A stretch of 64,000 nt of DNA from a virus, in IMG/VR virus record IMGVR_UViG_3300002092_001375, positions 3,451-67,450 of that record. One strand, 5' to 3'. A program made the position numbers and the translations under genes. The notes under the pieces were generated by a model that was given only the letters and a program-made list of their open reading frames with translations, searched no databases and was not told the DNA's origin. Shown one piece after another: positions 59,440 through 64,000 of the stretch (its first letter is position 1; the number at the start of each line of letters is the position of its first letter).

Positions 59440-60197
59440 AATTCTAATTTCCTTGCTATAAGTTCTGCTATGTTTTTATTGGTATTTTTACCCTGATGCA
59501 TAAGATCCCTGCCAGTGTCAATAATTTTAATAAGGTCACATTCTATATATGCTGCTGTTTCAAGAAAAAAACTCGCTTCATAATATTTGGTTTTATTATC
59601 CCATATCTGTCTTGCTAATATTGCTGTAAATACTAGATGTGTTTTTGGATTGCTGTAATCTGCTGTCCAAGAATCAAATAAATTACCTTTCGTCATATTC
59701 CACGAACCTAAATTTTTAATATTATCACTTTCATAAAAAGTACATCGACTCGAGTCAGTCCATAAATGTACTATGCCTTTAGGAGTAGGATAACCATTAC
59801 GTAATATTATAGAATTATGGAGAGAAAAAATAGTCGAAGATCCACCGGCACCTAAATTAATAACAGGTCTACCTATTATCTTTTCTAATTGATTACTGAT
59901 CGTATGCTCATCATCTATTCCTATCCCAAATACATAAGAACAACCAAAAATTACTACCGATTCTGCCCAATCGATATCTTCAAATTCTTTACATCGATAA
60001 TGATGTTTATTAACTGTGTAAGTTACTTTATTATGTCTATAATACCAATCATTAGGTAATTTCTTTAGATTTTTTTTAAAAAGAGATTCCGAGTCTGATC
60101 CCGTAAAATTATTTACTAGAGTATCTTTTGGTAAAAAGATATTTTGTTTTATTTTTTTAATAATATTTTGTCTATCTCTTCGAAGTAAATCGATCAT
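59436..60197 (-). CDS. SGNH hydrolase-like protein
   Basis: IFGCSYVFG, NLGAGGSS, RDLMHQG. Confidence 0.7.
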   Translation of the reverse strand: MIDLLRRDRQNIIKKIKQNIFLPKDTLVNNFTGSDSESLFKKNLKKLPNDWYYRHNKVTYTVNKHHYRCKEFEDIDWAESVVIFGCSYVFGIGIDDEHTISNQLEKIIGRPVINLGAGGSSTIFSLHNSIILRNGYPTPKGIVHLWTDSSRCTFYESDNIKNLGSWNMTKGNLFDSWTADYSNPKTHLVFTAILARQIWDNKTKYYEASFFLETAAYIECDLIKIIDTGRDLMHQGKNTNKNIAELIARKLEL

Positions 60198-60239
60198 AAA
60201 ATTATTTCCTTCATCATGTTAATACTCTAATATCTATTT

Positions 60240-61007
60240 TCATAATTGTAATTTTTTAGCTATATTAACAGCTAGTTTATAATTTGCTTGTATTCCTGGA
60301 TGTTTTAAATCTCTGGCACGATCTACTTTACGTATCCAATCACACTTGAGAAGTTTAGCCACATCTTTCCAATAACTGGCTTCATAATACTTTGTATCTT
60401 GCCATAATAATTTACTTGTCATACTAGCTAATACAGCATGACATTTGCCGTGTACTAGGTCTGTAGTCCATTTATCAGCATAACTGTTAGGAGTCATATT
60501 CCAAGGACCCCCATGGTGAAGATTATTTTTATAATAATATGTAGAACGATCAGGCGATGTCCATAAATGAACGATTCCTTTAGGAATTGGATATCCATTT
60601 CTAAGTATTATTGAATTATGTAAAGAATACATCATAGATGTACCTCCCATCCCTAAATTAATTACAGGAATTCCAACGATTTTATTTAATTGAGAAGCTA
60701 GAGTATCAGCATCGTCTACCCCGTCACCAAATACGTGCGAACATCCAAAAATTACTACAGATTCTGCCCAATCAATTTCATTAAAGTTATAAGTTCTATA
60801 TCCGTGGTTATTTAATTTATAGTTAACAAGATTTGTTCGATAATGCCATTTCTTTGGTTGTGTTAATAAATTTTGTTCAAATAATTCTTTAGTATCAGTT
60901 CCTGAAAATTCTAAGGTGGTATTTCCAGCTGATGGTAAAAACGTATTAGTTTTTACTAATTCAAGGATCGTGTTATTTTGTTTTTTAAATAGGTCCAATA
61001 TTGACAT
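60240..61007 (-). CDS. SGNH hydrolase-like protein (tandem paralog)
   Basis: IFGCSHVFG, NLGMGGTS, RDLKHPG; shares IDWAESVVIFGCS and LRNGYP.PKGIVHLWT with neighbour. Confidence 0.7.
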   Translation of the reverse strand: MSILDLFKKQNNTILELVKTNTFLPSAGNTTLEFSGTDTKELFEQNLLTQPKKWHYRTNLVNYKLNNHGYRTYNFNEIDWAESVVIFGCSHVFGDGVDDADTLASQLNKIVGIPVINLGMGGTSMMYSLHNSIILRNGYPIPKGIVHLWTSPDRSTYYYKNNLHHGGPWNMTPNSYADKWTTDLVHGKCHAVLASMTSKLLWQDTKYYEASYWKDVAKLLKCDWIRKVDRARDLKHPGIQANYKLAVNIAKKLQL

Positions 61008-61028
61008 TTTTAACTGCTCCGACAGAAA

Positions 61029-62042
61029 TTATTTTTTATTAAAAATTTTTCGTTTAGGCATATTTGCTTCAAAATCACACCAACACCTAGATGTATGACA
61101 TATTGTTTTAGTGATAATAGGTTGAAATTTTTCTATAAAATTTAAATCATATAAATTATATTTTATCGATTGATTATATAACATATTTCCGCATATACCT
61201 TCTATACTGCCGTCGGCTTTTATATCTAACCAATCTTTTCCTACATTACATTCCCAATCTTCAAAATTGTTTAATCGATTCAAAGTTAAAAATTTTTCAT
61301 CAATCTTATGCGTTTTATATTGATTATCTACAACTTTGGTCTTTGACATCGGAATCTTATTATTCCAAAGAAAGAAAAAAGGATTAGTACTTCTCGATCG
61401 TGATTTTTTTAAAAGTTCAGTTTGTTCAGATGTATATTTGATATTATCATGAAATATTTCTGCATATCGTATAGACCATTTATAGCTACTTTGTAAATAA
61501 TAATTATTTGCTTCTAAACAACGGTCCCAGGCAGCAGTATCCATCATTATATTAACATCAACCATTTTTCCTTTTGAATACAAATAATCAGCTACTTCTC
61601 TAATATGTTCTTTTCTAGAGAATTGGGAATGGTGGCTAATAGAAACACGATCAAAATAAGGAGTTGCCTCTATCCACCAATCCATCTTTTTAGATGCATT
61701 TGTATTCATAGTAAACAAACAATCATAATTTTTTTTAAAATGTTTAATAAAATCAATAAGTTTCTTCCAATGGGTTACTTCTCCTCCAACTAACCCTATC
61801 TGAAATTTTTTCTTATTTGTATGGGTTTTATAATAATCTAATAAATGAGAAAGATTGGCTATTAATATATCATAATCTGGCCATTTTTTATCGCCCTCAT
61901 TACATCCAGGCCAGCAATACCAACATTGATAATTACAAATATTGCCCAAGTGGAGCTCTACTCGAAAAAAATTATCTGGCCAATTTTGTTTAACTTCAAC
62001 TATTTCCACTTTGGTACCTTTGAATCTGCTGAACTTATACAC
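61029..62042 (-). CDS. radical SAM/SPASM enzyme
   Basis: CNYQCWYC, VGGEVT, NTNAS; CNVG...GIC...CHTSRCWC; start uncertain. Confidence 0.88.
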   Translation of the reverse strand: MYKFSRFKGTKVEIVEVKQNWPDNFFRVELHLGNICNYQCWYCWPGCNEGDKKWPDYDILIANLSHLLDYYKTHTNKKKFQIGLVGGEVTHWKKLIDFIKHFKKNYDCLFTMNTNASKKMDWWIEATPYFDRVSISHHSQFSRKEHIREVADYLYSKGKMVDVNIMMDTAAWDRCLEANNYYLQSSYKWSIRYAEIFHDNIKYTSEQTELLKKSRSRSTNPFFFLWNNKIPMSKTKVVDNQYKTHKIDEKFLTLNRLNNFEDWECNVGKDWLDIKADGSIEGICGNMLYNQSIKYNLYDLNFIEKFQPIITKTICHTSRCWCDFEANMPKRKIFNKK

Positions 62043-62974
62043 GTATTAGTTATACATTTTTCTACTTTATTAAAAATTTCAAAACCTTCTGTTAAAGTAC
62101 CTAAGATTTTATCTGAGCAACTATAACTTCTTTTAACCTCATTACTACGAATTATAATACTTTGATATCCACTACTACATGACCATCCGTTAAATTTATT
62201 AAATCCAAAAGCATTAAATCTTTCTGCCTGATCAAAATCATACTTATTACCTTTACTATCATATAATAGGATTTGATTAAAAGGTTGCGTAAATCTTGTC
62301 TGCATAATATCTAGCATTTCGTCTGTATAACTGCTAACTATAGCCGATGCTGTTTCATTACTTTGAGGTTTTAGTGTAACCGGAATTCCTCTATCATAAA
62401 ATCTTTGGCACCTAGCTAGATATTCAAAAAATTTTTCAGGAACCATAACTTGATTTATTGTAATAAAAATACCATTCTCTAGAAGATATAATAATTTTTC
62501 TGTAAATTGTTCTTCATCTGCAAACTCGGCATGAAAACTAGCAGTAATACTTGCTCGATTAAAAAGTTTCAACGATGGCATAATCTTTTGCCACCAACGC
62601 ATACTTGGACTACAATTACTAGTCATATGAAAACTTTGATATGACAACATTTCGTTTGCATAATATTTTATTAAATCATTAAATCTTTTATAAGCAGTAG
62701 GTTCTCCACCACTAAAACTAAAATGAAAATTAGTAAATCCGTTTTCTCTTGCTTGTTTTTTTATTTCGTCGATAGTATTTGTATAAATTTTAAATTCTTG
62801 ATAATCTAGGATATTACTCCTAGCATAAGGCCAGCAATAGCTACAATTATAATTACAAAAACGTCCTAGTATCCAGCTAACAGAAAATAGATCAGAATCT
62901 AACATAGTCTTTTGACCGAAACTAACAATATCATCCCATGGTATATTCTGAAAATCAGTATTTTTTAAATTCAT
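62000..62974 (-). CDS. radical SAM/SPASM enzyme
   Basis: CNYNCSYC, FSGGEP; CSSG...YSC...CITNTCISSAD. Confidence 0.9.
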   Translation of the reverse strand: MNLKNTDFQNIPWDDIVSFGQKTMLDSDLFSVSWILGRFCNYNCSYCWPYARSNILDYQEFKIYTNTIDEIKKQARENGFTNFHFSFSGGEPTAYKRFNDLIKYYANEMLSYQSFHMTSNCSPSMRWWQKIMPSLKLFNRASITASFHAEFADEEQFTEKLLYLLENGIFITINQVMVPEKFFEYLARCQRFYDRGIPVTLKPQSNETASAIVSSYTDEMLDIMQTRFTQPFNQILLYDSKGNKYDFDQAERFNAFGFNKFNGWSCSSGYQSIIIRSNEVKRSYSCSDKILGTLTEGFEIFNKVEKCITNTCISSADSKVPKWK

Positions 62975-64000
62975 CTTCTAACCATTGCCAATCATTTATT
63001 TTAGATAACATTACTTTATTATCTACATATTTAAATCCAAATTCTCTACCTGCTATAGCACCTTTTATTGCATATTCCCCATATAATTGATCAATACCCT
63101 TGCTACACCACACGCTTAATCTATTAACTGTTTCTTGATCATCCTGCCCGTCAATAATCCTACTAGATAATTTTACACATTCTCTGAAAGCACTTTTCCA
63201 TGTATTAAACGGATCCGTATTAAAGACAGTTATATTACTAATATGTGTTATTGGTTTAAACCTGGTGCTTATTGACGTTGTCATATCTACCGAATTTACA
63301 TCCATATTTTCTGTTAAATATTTCGGCAATAGCTTAACTCCTCCATATCCGTATGAAAGATCATTGATAGGGTTTTTACTTTCCCACACATGTACAATAT
63401 CTCTTTCATATCGAGTGACTATATAACTAAAATCAAAATTATTCACTATCTGAGCATCACCATCGACTACCCAAAACATTTCAGTTTCTGCTATTTTAGC
63501 AGCAGCGATGTGTGCTTGATGTATGCCTTTAACATTATGAATTCTTTTAACTCTTGGAAATTGATCTTTTAATCTATTGTAATTTTCTTCAGCATTGGGT
63601 TCATTATAACTAATAAAAACAATGTCATACAATGAGTTTTTAGATGCAGGAATGCTGTGCTCTTTTCTTTCTAATAAAATTCTATATTCAATTTCTCGTT
63701 TCGATATAATTTTCTTTTTTGATAATAGTTTTATCCCTTCGTAATTTTCTTCATTCATAAAAATATTTTTAAATGCATGGTTAATCGATCTATCATATAT
63801 ATTACTGTGTTCAAAATAATAATTAGAAAAACTAAATGTTTCGAGGACATCGATTTCTTTTGGAATAACCCAGAACATCTCTGTTTTTGTATTTTGTAAT
63901 GCTTCTAGATATTCTTCATAAGAATCAATAGTAAAAATATCATAAACTACTGGTACTGTTGCGACGATATCCCATTCTTTCCTCGATATAGGAAATCTAT
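62955..64000 (-). CDS. GT-A-like glycosyltransferase with repeated domain (5' partial; extends beyond window)
   Basis: Frame is open to window end; DIVFISYNE, GIHQAH, FWVVDGD (DxD), YGYGGVKL; TEMFWV occurs twice. Confidence 0.7.
   Translation of the reverse strand, partial: RFPISRKEWDIVATVPVVYDIFTIDSYEEYLEALQNTKTEMFWVIPKEIDVLETFSFSNYYFEHSNIYDRSINHAFKNIFMNEENYEGIKLLSKKKIISKREIEYRILLERKEHSIPASKNSLYDIVFISYNEPNAEENYNRLKDQFPRVKRIHNVKGIHQAHIAAAKIAETEMFWVVDGDAQIVNNFDFSYIVTRYERDIVHVWESKNPINDLSYGYGGVKLLPKYLTENMDVNSVDMTTSISTRFKPITHISNITVFNTDPFNTWKSAFRECVKLSSRIIDGQDDQETVNRLSVWCSKGIDQLYGEYAIKGAIAGREFGFKYVDNKVMLSKINDWQWLEDEFKKY

Noticed and set aside
37069-64000. Island is a bacterial or giant-virus contaminant
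   Set aside because: It shares the late-promoter motif and overlap style with the phage genes, and no transposase or att site was seen; a read-level check is still advisable

Overview
This window is part of a large lytic dsDNA phage genome with a T4-like replication core; no rRNA, tRNA, CRISPR array or integrase was seen. It has three parts. (1) 1-16855: virion fibre/adhesin genes, with two (Gly-Pro-Thr)n collagen-like fibres and an array of paralogous genes built from a shared N-terminal module, IPT/TIG-like domains and glycine-rich domains. (2) 16914-37046: core genes, including family B DNA polymerase, a sliding clamp, a 7-deazaguanine DNA-modification cluster (dpdA, QueD-like dpdL, a GT-B glycosyltransferase, folE, a PRTase and queE, with no queC or canonical queD in the window), RNase H, a MoxR ATPase with a VWA metallopeptidase, and thyX. 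(3) 37069-64000: a visibly AT-richer, >27 kb tailoring-enzyme island with 9 radical SAM enzymes, 8 Fe(II)/2OG-type oxygenases, 4 SGNH-like proteins, 2 kinase-like proteins, a desaturase, SDR, GNAT, PLP enzyme, methyltransferase, glycosyltransferase and an uncalled 24-aa peptide. The same late-promoter-like motif (NATAA[A/G]TA) precedes the virion genes and the island's transcription units. The best candidates for undescribed biology are this apparently late-expressed island (virion decoration or peptide modification) and a possibly glycosylated, clamp-coupled deazaguanine DNA modification. All functional calls come from motif recognition by eye, not from database searches.
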